Positions 47,920-56,931 of a DNA stretch of 64,000 bases are shown in pieces. The first letter of the stretch is position 1. Each line of letters begins with the position of its first letter. The translations under genes were made by a program, and so were the position numbers. The notes beneath the pieces were generated by a model. The model saw only the letters and a list, made by a program, of their open reading frames with translations. It had not been told where the DNA came from and did no database searches. Source of the DNA: an uncultured Nitrososphaerota archaeon (GTDB lineage Archaea; Korarchaeota; Korarchaeia; Korarchaeales; Korarchaeaceae); contig CAZQNA010000001.1 of NCBI GenBank assembly GCA_964594835.1, forward strand, positions 64,001 through 128,000. The letters are read 5' to 3'.

Positions 47920-48768
47920 TCACCTCCTGAGGAGCCCTGGGTAGAAGTGCCTCTTTCCGGCGGACTCCCTCAGGTCGTCCCACTCGGCGAGTATTCGGAC
48001 GGCCTCGTTGGCCGTCCTTATGGCCTCCCTCTCCCCAGCCACCGCGAACTCGTCCCTGACCCTCTGGGCATAGACCGCGCATACAGCCCCCGCCCTCCGC
48101 CCGAAGAGGGAGGCGAGGGTGAAGATGGTCGCGGCCTCCATCTCGATGTTGACGACGCCCGCCGCCTGCAGGTCCGGGATTATGCCCTCCATCCAGCTCT
48201 GCCAGTATCCGCCGCAGCCCCTCCTGCCCTGTCCCGTGTAGAAGCTGCCGGTTGAGGCGGTGATGCCCAGGTGGTACCTGTATCCGAGGGACTCGGCCGC
48301 CTCCACGAGGGCCAGCACAACCTCGTAGTGGGCGACAGCCGGGTACTCGGGCCTGACGTACTGCGAGCTTGCCCCATCGAGCCTCACGGCCCCGAGGGAT
48401 ATGACCAGATCTCCAAGCTCGACATCCGGCCTGATTGCCCCAGTGCTCCCAACCCGGATGAACGTGCCCACCCCGAGCCTGGAGAGCTCGTCCACGGCTA
48501 TCGCGGCTGCCGGGCCCCCTATCCCGGTTGAGGTGACCATGAGGTCCACCCCCCTGTACCTCCCGACGTACGTCACGTACTCCCTGTGTCTGGCGGCGAG
48601 CCTCCTCTCGTCCCACTCAGAGGCTATCTTCTCGGCCCTCTCAACATCTCCAGGCAGGAGCGCGTACTTCCTGACGTCTTCAGGTCTCAGGGCGACGTGA
48701 TACATCGCTCCACCCTTCGCGCGGGGTTCTTCGGCGCTGGAGAACTCGGTCCCCAAGGTCGGGCTCAC
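47920..48768 (-). CDS. udp: Uridine/nucleoside phosphorylase
   Basis: YH, LPGD, HREY, STGIGGP, RVGSTG, FYTGQ, EMEAA. Confidence 0.9.
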   Translation of the reverse strand: MSPTLGTEFSSAEEPRAKGGAMYHVALRPEDVRKYALLPGDVERAEKIASEWDERRLAARHREYVTYVGRYRGVDLMVTSTGIGGPAAAIAVDELSRLGVGTFIRVGSTGAIRPDVELGDLVISLGAVRLDGASSQYVRPEYPAVAHYEVVLALVEAAESLGYRYHLGITASTGSFYTGQGRRGCGGYWQSWMEGIIPDLQAAGVVNIEMEAATIFTLASLFGRRAGAVCAVYAQRVRDEFAVAGEREAIRTANEAVRILAEWDDLRESAGKRHFYPGLLRR

Positions 48769-48806
48769 CCTCTAGTCTCCCCCGTCTGGGAAACCATTAA
48801 TCCTGA

Positions 48807-49739
48807 GTGAGGACCACCCCACGATCCGTCATGATCGTGGTCGGACCCGAGGACGACTTCACCAAGTCTCTCGCATCCGGGCTCTCCGCCGATACGGTCT
48901 TCGTGGCCAGGAGGACCTTCCCCGACGGCGAGCTTCAGCCGAGAGTGCTCGCCGAGCCGGGAGACCTCAAGGGGGAGACCGTGGTCCTCTCCCTCAGGAT
49001 GGGCGCCTCCTCCTGCAGGCCCAACGACTACCTGGTTGAGCTCCTCCTCACCCTCAAGAACCTGAAGCGGGAGTTCGGCGTCGGCAGAGTAATAGCAGCC
49101 GTCCCCTACTTCCCCTACGCCAGGCAGGACGAGATCTTCAGGCCGGGCGAGCCGCTGAGCTCCAAGTACGTTGCCGACCTCATTCAGTCCGCTGGGGCCG
49201 ACGCCGTGGTCAGCGTGACCGTCCACCTCCACAGGCTCAAGAGGTTCGAGGACCTCTTCGACGGGATACCGGGGGTTAACGTGAGCGGAATCCCGGCCCT
49301 CGCCCGCGAGGTGGGACGGTTTGACCTCAGCGACCCCCTGATAGTGGGGCCAGACGAGGAGGCGGTAATCTGGGCGGAGGAGTTCGCCAGACACGTCGGG
49401 GCGAGAGACTACACGTCGTTCAAGAAGGAGAGGGACAGGGACACCGGCGAGATCAGGATGACCGTGAGGGAGTTCGACCTCACCGGGAGGGACGTGGTGG
49501 TGGTGGACGACATAGTGTCCACCGGCGGGACCATGGCCTCCGCCGTGGCGGCCGCGAGGAGAATGGGGGCCCGCAGAGTCTTCTCGGCGTTCGTCCACCC
49601 GGTATTGGCCCGCGGAGCTCTGGACAAGGTGCTGGGCGCCGGGGCGGACGTGGTGGTGGCCGCCGACACCCTGGAGTGGGCCGGGTCGAAGGCGACGGTC
49701 GTCCCCGAACTCGCGGAGGAGGTCAGCAAGCTGGCGTGA
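48807..49739 (+). CDS. prs: Ribose-phosphate pyrophosphokinase
   Basis: FPDGE, PYFPYARQD, GPD, VDDIVSTGGTM. Start may be ATG 48831. Confidence 0.93.
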   Translation: MRTTPRSVMIVVGPEDDFTKSLASGLSADTVFVARRTFPDGELQPRVLAEPGDLKGETVVLSLRMGASSCRPNDYLVELLLTLKNLKREFGVGRVIAAVPYFPYARQDEIFRPGEPLSSKYVADLIQSAGADAVVSVTVHLHRLKRFEDLFDGIPGVNVSGIPALAREVGRFDLSDPLIVGPDEEAVIWAEEFARHVGARDYTSFKKERDRDTGEIRMTVREFDLTGRDVVVVDDIVSTGGTMASAVAAARRMGARRVFSAFVHPVLARGALDKVLGAGADVVVAADTLEWAGSKATVVPELAEEVSKLA

Positions 49740-49740
49740 G

Positions 49741-50244
49741 GTGCGAAGCGGGATGGCCGGAATCCCGAAGGGAGTGGCGCTTGCCGGGTTGGCCCTACTG
49801 GCGGCCTCCGGCGTCTCCCTGTTCATGGGGGTAGATCTGGCGCTGGGTCTGGGTGTGGCGGCCGAGGAGGTCATTCCAGGCTCCCCGAGGGTCTCGGTAA
49901 AGGGGGGCGCCCTCCTCGTATCGACCTCCCTCATACTCCTGATGGCGGCCTACGGGGTCCTCTCGGGATCCCGGTGGGGGCGTCCCTCGGGCGCCCTCTC
50001 CCTCCTGGCCCTCTCAACCTACCTGGTGTTGGTCAGGGAGATCTGGGGGTGGTCTCTGCCCGCCACCGGCGCCCTCTCCCTCCTGGCCCTCTACCTCCTC
50101 CTGTCGAGGGAATCGGCCCTCTACTTCAGGGGCGGAGAGTGGAGGGAGGAGACGGTCTTCCCCTCCCCCCTCCCCGCTGGGGCTGGCTCAGAGGGTGAAC
50201 CCGGCGAGGTCCTCGTCGAGGGGGTCGAGCTCGTCGAGGAATGA
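49741..50244 (+). CDS. Hypothetical membrane protein (about 4 TM)
   Basis: Four hydrophobic segments; coupled to prs. Confidence 0.6.
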   Translation: MRSGMAGIPKGVALAGLALLAASGVSLFMGVDLALGLGVAAEEVIPGSPRVSVKGGALLVSTSLILLMAAYGVLSGSRWGRPSGALSLLALSTYLVLVREIWGWSLPATGALSLLALYLLLSRESALYFRGGEWREETVFPSPLPAGAGSEGEPGEVLVEGVELVEE

Positions 50245-50802
50245 GTTGAGCTTGTAGAGCGGAACCACCGGGACCCCGTCTACCAGCCTCTCCACTCCCG
50301 TGACCCACCCAACGAGCAGGGGAACCACCCTGCCCCTGAGTCCCAGCCTGCGGGCCTCGCCGGACTCGACGAGCGCCCTAACCCTCCTCAGGTGGACCCG
50401 TGCCTCGGACGCCAGCCTCGCCCCGACCCCCCTCCCCCTGGACCAGAGCTTGCACTCGACCGCGAGCGCGGCGATGCGGCCGGATCCTATGAGGTCCACC
50501 TCCCACCTACGTCCGCCGTGCGCGAACCTGAACCTCCTGGCGACGACTCGGTAGTCGAAGCCCTCGAGGTACTCCTCCACCAGGGACTCGAACCCCCTCC
50601 AGTCCAACAGGGCGGCCGCCCTCTCTGGCGAGACCCCAGCGTTCACGAGGGCGACCGCGGCCTTTACCGGCCTGATCTCCTCCCCCTCGAGCGCCCCGGA
50701 CTCGGTCAGGTACCCCCTGACCTCCGGGTCGATCAGACCCAGGTCACCTATCAGCAGGGCGACGACCGCCCGCTCGGCCGCGCGTCGGTCCACCGGAGTC
50801 AT
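50188..50802 (-). CDS. PD-(D/E)xK nuclease, Mrr-like
   Basis: LDWRGFESLV, EVDL...AVECKLW. Confidence 0.75.
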   Translation of the reverse strand: MTPVDRRAAERAVVALLIGDLGLIDPEVRGYLTESGALEGEEIRPVKAAVALVNAGVSPERAAALLDWRGFESLVEEYLEGFDYRVVARRFRFAHGGRRWEVDLIGSGRIAALAVECKLWSRGRGVGARLASEARVHLRRVRALVESGEARRLGLRGRVVPLLVGWVTGVERLVDGVPVVPLYKLNSFLDELDPLDEDLAGFTL

Positions 50803-50813
50803 GCCACATCCCG

Positions 50814-52277
50814 TCAGGCTGGCCTGGTGAACCTGTCGACGAGTTCCCGAGTGGAGAGGAGGATCACGTCGAGCCTTCCAAGGGTCCTCAGGTACTTCGC
50901 CGCCTTTGCGGAGTTGGTTGCGATCACCCGGTAGCCCATCTCCCTCAGTGGGGCGACCACCATGCAGGTGTCGGCATAAACCCTGGCCCCGCTCTCCTCG
51001 AGCTCCCGGAGCACTCCCTCGGGGAGCTGGGCTAGGGTGGCCCTGGCGGTGAAGAGCCAGAACGGAACTTCGGTCCTCCTCCCCCTAAGCAGCGCGTGAA
51101 TCTCCCTAAGCTCCCCCAGGGAGAGGTGGGGGCACCCTAGCGTCACGAGGTCCGGGGCGGACCCCGTGGTGCTCAGCCTCTCGACGACACCGTTCAGATC
51201 CCCCCTGTCGATCCTCAGGACGTTCGACCCTCTCGGGGGGCTTTGGGAAGCCGCGGTCACTCCCTCAACGTGAAACAGCTCTATGCTGCCGGAGGCAGCC
51301 CCGCCAGCCCCCATGGCCTTGAGCTCGTCCACCGAGGCGTCTTTGATCCCCCGGTAGAGCGGAACTCCCCTGGGGGCCATCTCTCCGACCAGGTACCCGG
51401 CGACCGAGAAGTCGGTGGTCCCGGACAGCGAGCCGTCGGTCTCGACCAGCACCGTGGGGCGCCTCTCCTCGTCGAGGTGCATGCCGTAGGCGGGGGTCAG
51501 GCCGACCACGGCTGCCACGATTGCCTTCACCGAACCCTCCCGGTTGGTACGGGCTCCCAGCACGCTGTTCGCAAAGGCCACCGCGCTTGACTCACCCCAG
51601 CACACGTGCTCGCCTGGTCTGGGAAGGTTTCCCGCGAGGTATGGTGTGCAGGTCAGCGTGGGGACCGCCCCCATGTCCACCAGCAGCCTCACGATCCTGA
51701 TCTGCCTCTCTGCGAAGCCCTCCGGAACCCCCATCTCCCTCCAGCGGGCGAGGTCCATGCCGGCCGGGTTCGTCGTCACCAGAGTCCTGAACCGCGTTCC
51801 CCTCTCCGCCAGACCCTCCAGGAACTCCAGCCCCGCATCCCCTATCGTGGCGTATGAGATGCCAGAGAGGTGAACTGACCTGACGGGGAGGTACTTCTCC
51901 GCCCCCGCGAGGGAGGCCTCCCTCTGGAGGAACCTGACGAACTCCTCCGGCACCCCCTCGGGGACCGCCGGCCTGGGGGCGGGCGAGGATCCCAGAACCC
52001 TGACCGGTATGCCGACGAGCTCGGCGCTGATCGTGACGCTGTCCGGGTGCTCGAGCACGATCTCTCGGGGCGCTACGCCTCGCCTGGCCAGCTTGAACAG
52101 GCCGTAGGCGCCCACCGTGGAGCCCACCGAGTGGGGCATCACCACCCTCCTTCCTGCCACGCTCTGCCCGGCCTGAGGGTGCCCGGGCTGCGTTATGATC
52201 CCCGTCTCGGGGTCCACGCCGTCGAGCCAGCTCAGCGGCGCCGTGAGCCTGAGCTCATTCCCCCGAGACTCACTCAA
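50814..52277 (-). CDS. Fused aconitase X (DUF126 + DUF521); probable phosphomevalonate dehydratase
   Basis: N-terminal GVDPETGII..GHP..GSTVG swivel domain; then GISY, TTNP, CTPY, WGESSA, GCPH, DTCMVV, TNSAK. Confidence 0.85.
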   Translation of the reverse strand: MSESRGNELRLTAPLSWLDGVDPETGIITQPGHPQAGQSVAGRRVVMPHSVGSTVGAYGLFKLARRGVAPREIVLEHPDSVTISAELVGIPVRVLGSSPAPRPAVPEGVPEEFVRFLQREASLAGAEKYLPVRSVHLSGISYATIGDAGLEFLEGLAERGTRFRTLVTTNPAGMDLARWREMGVPEGFAERQIRIVRLLVDMGAVPTLTCTPYLAGNLPRPGEHVCWGESSAVAFANSVLGARTNREGSVKAIVAAVVGLTPAYGMHLDEERRPTVLVETDGSLSGTTDFSVAGYLVGEMAPRGVPLYRGIKDASVDELKAMGAGGAASGSIELFHVEGVTAASQSPPRGSNVLRIDRGDLNGVVERLSTTGSAPDLVTLGCPHLSLGELREIHALLRGRRTEVPFWLFTARATLAQLPEGVLRELEESGARVYADTCMVVAPLREMGYRVIATNSAKAAKYLRTLGRLDVILLSTRELVDRFTRPA

Positions 52278-53457
52278 TCTCCTCTGCCCCCAGAACCTTG
52301 AGCGCGGCCTCGAGCCCGTCGGGCGGACCCAGGAGGATCACGACGTCTCCGCCCCTGATCCTGAACGTGTCCCTCGGCTCGAATACCCACCTCAGACCGC
52401 GCCTCACGGCCAGTATCTCCATCCCCGTCGACTCCTCCAGCTCGAGCTCCCCCACCTCCCTGCCCTCGGCGGGGGAACCCTCCCTCACGCGAACCCAGGC
52501 TATGGACTCTTCGCTCTCCTCGACCACGGCCGCGAGGACCTCGTGGATGGCAACCCCCCTCTCCACGACGCTGGCCATCCTGTGGGCCGCGTCCCCTATC
52601 CTCTCCGCCGCGGAGCCGGCCCTGAGGAGGCCGACAACGGCCCTCGGGTCTGCCCTGCCGGCCAGTCCCCTGAGGACCTTGAGCTCGAACTCCTCGTGAA
52701 GCTCGTCTATCTCGTCCTCGAGCCTGGAGACCTCGAGGGCTATCGCCTGGCTGCTCATTAGCATGGAAGCGTAGGCGAGGTAGACCATCAGCTCGGAGTG
52801 CGCCCTGAGGACTTGGAGGGCGTGGGCGAGCTCCCTCGACTCCGGACCGACCTCGACCCCCTCCGGCCGGGGCCTGATCGGCAGTCCGAGGAGAGACCTC
52901 ACGGCCTCCACTCCCTCCCTGGTGCCCTCCAGGAGCAGCATGTCCCCCTCCTGGAGGACCAGGTCGTCTGGGTAGTCGAAGAGCCACCTCCCGCCGCGCT
53001 TCACGGCCAGAATGTCGCATCCAGCGAGCTTCTCAGGCTCGTACAGTTCGGAAACCTTCATCCCGACGAGGGGGGCGGCCTCCCCCAGCCTCACTAGGCC
53101 GATAACCTCCTCCGACTCCATGAACGCCGCGGATATGGACTCGTGGAGGGGGTAGCCCTTCAGGATTATCTTCGCCAGGTCGCCCACGGCGTCGCTTATC
53201 TCGTCCGCGGCCGCCCCGACCTCCAGAATGGCCGCCAGCTCCTCGGCCTCCTCCAGTGACCTGCCCGCGACTATCGTCCTGACCGACAGCTCGTACCTCA
53301 GGTCGTCCAGCTCGTTCTCCAGCTCCAGCACCTCGTCCGCGATCTCGTCGTCGTTGTACATCAGGGCGGCGTAGGCGAGGCTGATCGCGAGCTCCGATCG
53401 ATCCTTCATCTCCAGCAGGATGTCCCTAACCGTCCTCTGCTTGACAGCCCTCACCAC
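52270..53457 (-). CDS. Tandem-duplicated PhoU + TrkA-C (RCK_C) protein (COG3273-like)
   Basis: Two copies of SEL..LAYA...EV..LE.E.D.L followed by ILAV(K/R)RG..W.F TrkA-C. Confidence 0.85.
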   Translation of the reverse strand: MVRAVKQRTVRDILLEMKDRSELAISLAYAALMYNDDEIADEVLELENELDDLRYELSVRTIVAGRSLEEAEELAAILEVGAAADEISDAVGDLAKIILKGYPLHESISAAFMESEEVIGLVRLGEAAPLVGMKVSELYEPEKLAGCDILAVKRGGRWLFDYPDDLVLQEGDMLLLEGTREGVEAVRSLLGLPIRPRPEGVEVGPESRELAHALQVLRAHSELMVYLAYASMLMSSQAIALEVSRLEDEIDELHEEFELKVLRGLAGRADPRAVVGLLRAGSAAERIGDAAHRMASVVERGVAIHEVLAAVVEESEESIAWVRVREGSPAEGREVGELELEESTGMEILAVRRGLRWVFEPRDTFRIRGGDVVILLGPPDGLEAALKVLGAEEIE

Positions 53458-53532
53458 GGGGGAGAGCCCTCCGGGTGGGCTCCGGCCCGGCCTAATAAAA
53501 TGGGGGGTGGGCTGGCCGGAGGTCGGGCGGGC

Positions 53533-54609
53533 TCAGATCCCCTTCAGGGACTCGACCGTCTTGCGGTCGAGCCTCCTGACGACCTCCGAAACCAGCCTCA
53601 CCGCCGCGTCAACGTCCCTGGGCATTAGCATGGAGCTGTGGGAGTGGATGTGCCTGGTCGGAACGGATATCACGATCGTGGGCACGCCCGTGTAGTGCAG
53701 GTGTATCCTGTGCCCGTCGGTCCCCCCGGAGACGGCCGACAGCTGATAGGGCACCCCGATCTCCTCTGCGACGGATATGACGAGCTCCTTTAGGGGCTGG
53801 TTGGGGATCATGGTCCTGTCCCACGTGATTATGGAGACCCCCTTCCCCATCTTCGCGGGCGCCTCGCGCTCCGTCACGCCGGGGACGTCTCCGGCTATGT
53901 CCACCTCGCACACAATGGCCACGTCTGGGTCCACGACGTCCGCGGTCGTCTCGGCCCCCCTCAGGCCAACCTCCTCCTGGACCGTGCCCGCCGCGTAGAG
54001 GACGTTCGGGTGATCCGACCCGACCTGCCTGAGCACCTCCATGGCCATGAAGACGCCTATCCTGTCGTCGAACGCCTTGCCCAGCCAGACCTCTCCTCCC
54101 CTGAGCTCCCTGAACTCGGCCAGCGGGGCCACTGGATCTCCGATCCTGATCCCCATCTCCCTGACCTCGTCCCTGCTTGTGGCCCCCACGTCGATGTACA
54201 GGTCCTTCAGCTCGGGCGCCTTCTTCCTCTCCTCAGGTGGGAGGAGGTGTGGGGGCTTCGACACGAGCACCCCCACGTGATCCCCTTTCTTGGACCTCAC
54301 CACGACTCTGTGGGCCGGGAGCGTCGTGGTCACCCAGCCCCCGAGGGTCTGAAACGACAGGTAGCCTCCCTCAGTTATCCCGTTGACGATGAATCCCACC
54401 TCGTCCATGTGCCCGGCGAGGAGCACCCGGGGCCTGTCCCTCTCGCTCCCCGCCCTCCTGAGGACTATCGAGCCCAGGGCGTCGTGGAGGACCTGATCCG
54501 CGTACCGCCCGTACTCCTCTCTCACGATCCGGGCGACCTCGCCCTCAAAGCCGGACGGTCCAAAGGCCTCGCTCAGCCTCCTGAAGACCTCGACCCGATC
54601 CGCGTCCAG
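53533..54609 (-). CDS. M42 family aminopeptidase (TET-like)
   Basis: GPSGFE, AGHMDEVG, KAFDDR, QEEVGLRGA, GGTD, RHIHS. Extended to an in-frame CTG at 54609. Confidence 0.9.
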   Translation of the reverse strand: MDADRVEVFRRLSEAFGPSGFEGEVARIVREEYGRYADQVLHDALGSIVLRRAGSERDRPRVLLAGHMDEVGFIVNGITEGGYLSFQTLGGWVTTTLPAHRVVVRSKKGDHVGVLVSKPPHLLPPEERKKAPELKDLYIDVGATSRDEVREMGIRIGDPVAPLAEFRELRGGEVWLGKAFDDRIGVFMAMEVLRQVGSDHPNVLYAAGTVQEEVGLRGAETTADVVDPDVAIVCEVDIAGDVPGVTEREAPAKMGKGVSIITWDRTMIPNQPLKELVISVAEEIGVPYQLSAVSGGTDGHRIHLHYTGVPTIVISVPTRHIHSHSSMLMPRDVDAAVRLVSEVVRRLDRKTVESLKGI

Positions 54610-54713
54610 TCTGGGTCACCCGCCGCCGAGTCCACACGTCTCCCTTAACGGTTGTGGCCTGGCTCACTGGGAGGACTTAATTTGGAGGCCGCACCCCACG
54701 TCCGCGAGACGAT

Positions 54714-55712
54714 TTGCGGGGCGAGGAGACGAGGAGGGAGATACTGGGGCAGCCCGACCTCATGAGGAGGGCGCTCTCTCTGCTGTCGACCCCCGCCAGG
54801 TACGCGGCCGAGGCGCTCGCCACGAGGGAGTTCGTCTACTCCATAGGGGTGGGGCCGGCCCTCTACCCGGCCTCCCTCCTCGGCAGAGTCCTCAGCAAGG
54901 TCGGAGGCCCGGGGTCCATCGAGATGGAGGCTAGCGACTTCCTGGACTGGCTCGCGGAGAGACCGAAGAGGCCCGCCGCCGTGATATTCTCGGAGACCGG
55001 GGAGGAGAGGGAGGCTCTGCTCGCCATAAGGGAGCTCAGGAGGAGGGATCCCACGGCGCCCGTGGTCTCCGTCCTCGGCAGCCCGGGGAGCACCCTTCAC
55101 AGGGCCTCAGACTTCGGCCTCGTCTTCACGAGGGGGCCCGGGAGAATGGGGCTCTTCTCCCCGATGTCGGTCGCCGGCCTCCTCCTCGCTTCTGAGGTGG
55201 CCAGGCTGGCCGGGATGGCCGGCAAGGCCAAGTCTCTGAGGGCCCTCCTGGAGGCGGCCCCCAGCCAGGCCGACGAGGCCCTCAGAAGGGCGGGCCCAGC
55301 GCTCGGGGAGGCGGCGAACCTGGTGGCCAGGTCTCGCCTCATCTTCGTGGTGTCGACCAACGGGATGAAGCCGGCGGCCCTGGAGTTCTCGTACAGGCTC
55401 ACCCTGATGTCGGAGGTGATGTGCGACGTCTCGTCTCCAGGGGAGTTCCTCGCCACGAAGCACAGGCTGATCTCCGCAGGCACACCGGTGCTCGTGATAG
55501 AGCCCGAGAGGTTCCCCGACGTGAGGCTGGCCGCCGAGAGGTACGGCGCCACGGTGGTGGGGGTGGGGCCAGATGGGCCGCACGTCCCGCTTGGCGTGAG
55601 GCCGCAGGGCGAGGTAGCGCCCCTGGTCTACGCCCCGACCCTCCTTCTCCTCGCCCTGGAGATCACGCTCAGCAGGGGTGTGGACCCGGATGAGAAGCTG
55701 GGGGTGATGTGA
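54714..55712 (+). CDS. Double SIS-domain protein (GlmS isomerase-like, divergent)
   Basis: EILGQP, FSETGE, ALE, GEF, ending RGVDPD. Confidence 0.75.
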   Translation: MRGEETRREILGQPDLMRRALSLLSTPARYAAEALATREFVYSIGVGPALYPASLLGRVLSKVGGPGSIEMEASDFLDWLAERPKRPAAVIFSETGEEREALLAIRELRRRDPTAPVVSVLGSPGSTLHRASDFGLVFTRGPGRMGLFSPMSVAGLLLASEVARLAGMAGKAKSLRALLEAAPSQADEALRRAGPALGEAANLVARSRLIFVVSTNGMKPAALEFSYRLTLMSEVMCDVSSPGEFLATKHRLISAGTPVLVIEPERFPDVRLAAERYGATVVGVGPDGPHVPLGVRPQGEVAPLVYAPTLLLLALEITLSRGVDPDEKLGVM

Positions 55713-56399
55713 TTGAGTTACGATCGAGTGGAGAGCCGTGTGTGGTGGCTGTTCGACGTGGATGACGTCCTATACGACGCAACGCTGCTGAAGAGGCTGG
55801 CCCGGGAGAACGCGGTCGTGGCCATGATAGAGGCCGGGCTGCCCGCCGACTTCGAACTCCTCCTCAGGAAGGTCAATGAGGTCGTGGAGGAGAGGGGGGA
55901 GGACTACACGAGGCACTTCGACGACGCGATAGCGGCCCTAGGGTTGAAGGTGGACCCGAGGGTCATCGCGGCCGGGGTGATAGCCTATCACGACACGAAG
56001 CGGGCGTTCCTGAGGCCCCTCCCGAGGGTCTTCAGGACTCTCCTCACGCTGAGGGACCGAGGGCACGGCCTGGCGCTATCCTCGCCTGGCAGCCCCGTCA
56101 AGGAGTGGGAGAAGGTCATCAGGCTCGGCCTCCATCACCTCTTCGAGGCGGCCTGGGTCGGAGAGCCCGATCGAGAGAGGCTCAGAGCCTCTCTCGATGA
56201 ACTCGGCGTCCGAGGGGACGGCTGCGTCTACGTGACCGCCAGGCCCGAGGGGGTCGACTCGGCCAAGGAACTCGGGATGAGGGCCGTGAGGGTCAGGAGG
56301 GGAAAGCGGGCGTCCGAGGACTCCTCTCAACAACCAGACCTCGAGGTGGTGTCGATTTGGGAGATCGCGGATCGTGCGGAAAGCCTTTTCAGAGAGTGA
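55713..56399 (+). CDS. HAD-superfamily hydrolase (TIGR02253-like)
   Basis: FDVDDVLYD, AMIEAGL, AAGVIAYH, WEKVIRLG. Confidence 0.82.
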   Translation: MSYDRVESRVWWLFDVDDVLYDATLLKRLARENAVVAMIEAGLPADFELLLRKVNEVVEERGEDYTRHFDDAIAALGLKVDPRVIAAGVIAYHDTKRAFLRPLPRVFRTLLTLRDRGHGLALSSPGSPVKEWEKVIRLGLHHLFEAAWVGEPDRERLRASLDELGVRGDGCVYVTARPEGVDSAKELGMRAVRVRRGKRASEDSSQQPDLEVVSIWEIADRAESLFRE

Positions 56400-56845
56400 T
56401 CGTGGCCGGAACGTTCGACCGACTTCACGCGGGACACGAATCTCTCCTGGGCTTGGCGGCCTCTCTGGGGAGGGAGGTGCTCGTGGGCCTAGCGGACGGT
56501 CCCCTCCTCAGGTCAAAGAGGCACCAGGAGATCATCCAACCCTTTGAGGAGAGGAGGAGGGCGGTGGAATCCTTCCTCTCGGAGAGGGGAGTCAAGCCCA
56601 GGGTCGTCCGCATAACGGATCCCGTTGGGCCCGCTGGCGAGGACGCCGGGGCCGACGCCCTAGTGGTGTCCGAGGAGACAATACCGGGGGCGCTGCTGGT
56701 CAACCAGGTCAGGCGGGAGAGGGGACTGAGCCCGCTCTATATAGTGGTCTGTCCCCTGATCCCGGCGGAGGACAGGGGGAGGCTCAGCTCCACGAGGATC
56801 AGGGCCGGTGAGATCGACAGGAGGGGGAGGGTTCTCAAGCCCTAA
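56357..56845 (+). CDS. coaD: Phosphopantetheine adenylyltransferase (archaeal type)
   Basis: GTFDRLHAGH, DPVGP, VVSEET, SSTRIR. Confidence 0.9.
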   Translation: MGDRGSCGKPFQRVIVAGTFDRLHAGHESLLGLAASLGREVLVGLADGPLLRSKRHQEIIQPFEERRRAVESFLSERGVKPRVVRITDPVGPAGEDAGADALVVSEETIPGALLVNQVRRERGLSPLYIVVCPLIPAEDRGRLSSTRIRAGEIDRRGRVLKP

Positions 56846-56872
56846 ATATTGACCGCCGGAAGAGGACCCATA

Positions 56873-56931
56873 GGCGATGATGACTATTCGGCAAGAGGGG
56901 TCCAGTGCCCCGGAAGAGGGTCGGCTGAGCC
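56873..56931 (+). ncRNA. Box C/D guide sRNA
   Basis: Box C ATGATGA 56877-56883 and box D CTGA 56925-56928, 41 nt apart; GGC/GCC terminal stem; TAAATATT about 25 nt upstream; intergenic. Confidence 0.7.

Noticed and set aside
49986-50092. Direct repeat GGCGCCCTCTCCCTCCTGGCCCTCT
   Set aside because: Only two copies, both encoding GALSLLAL in TM helices of one gene. Not a CRISPR array or mobile-element end.
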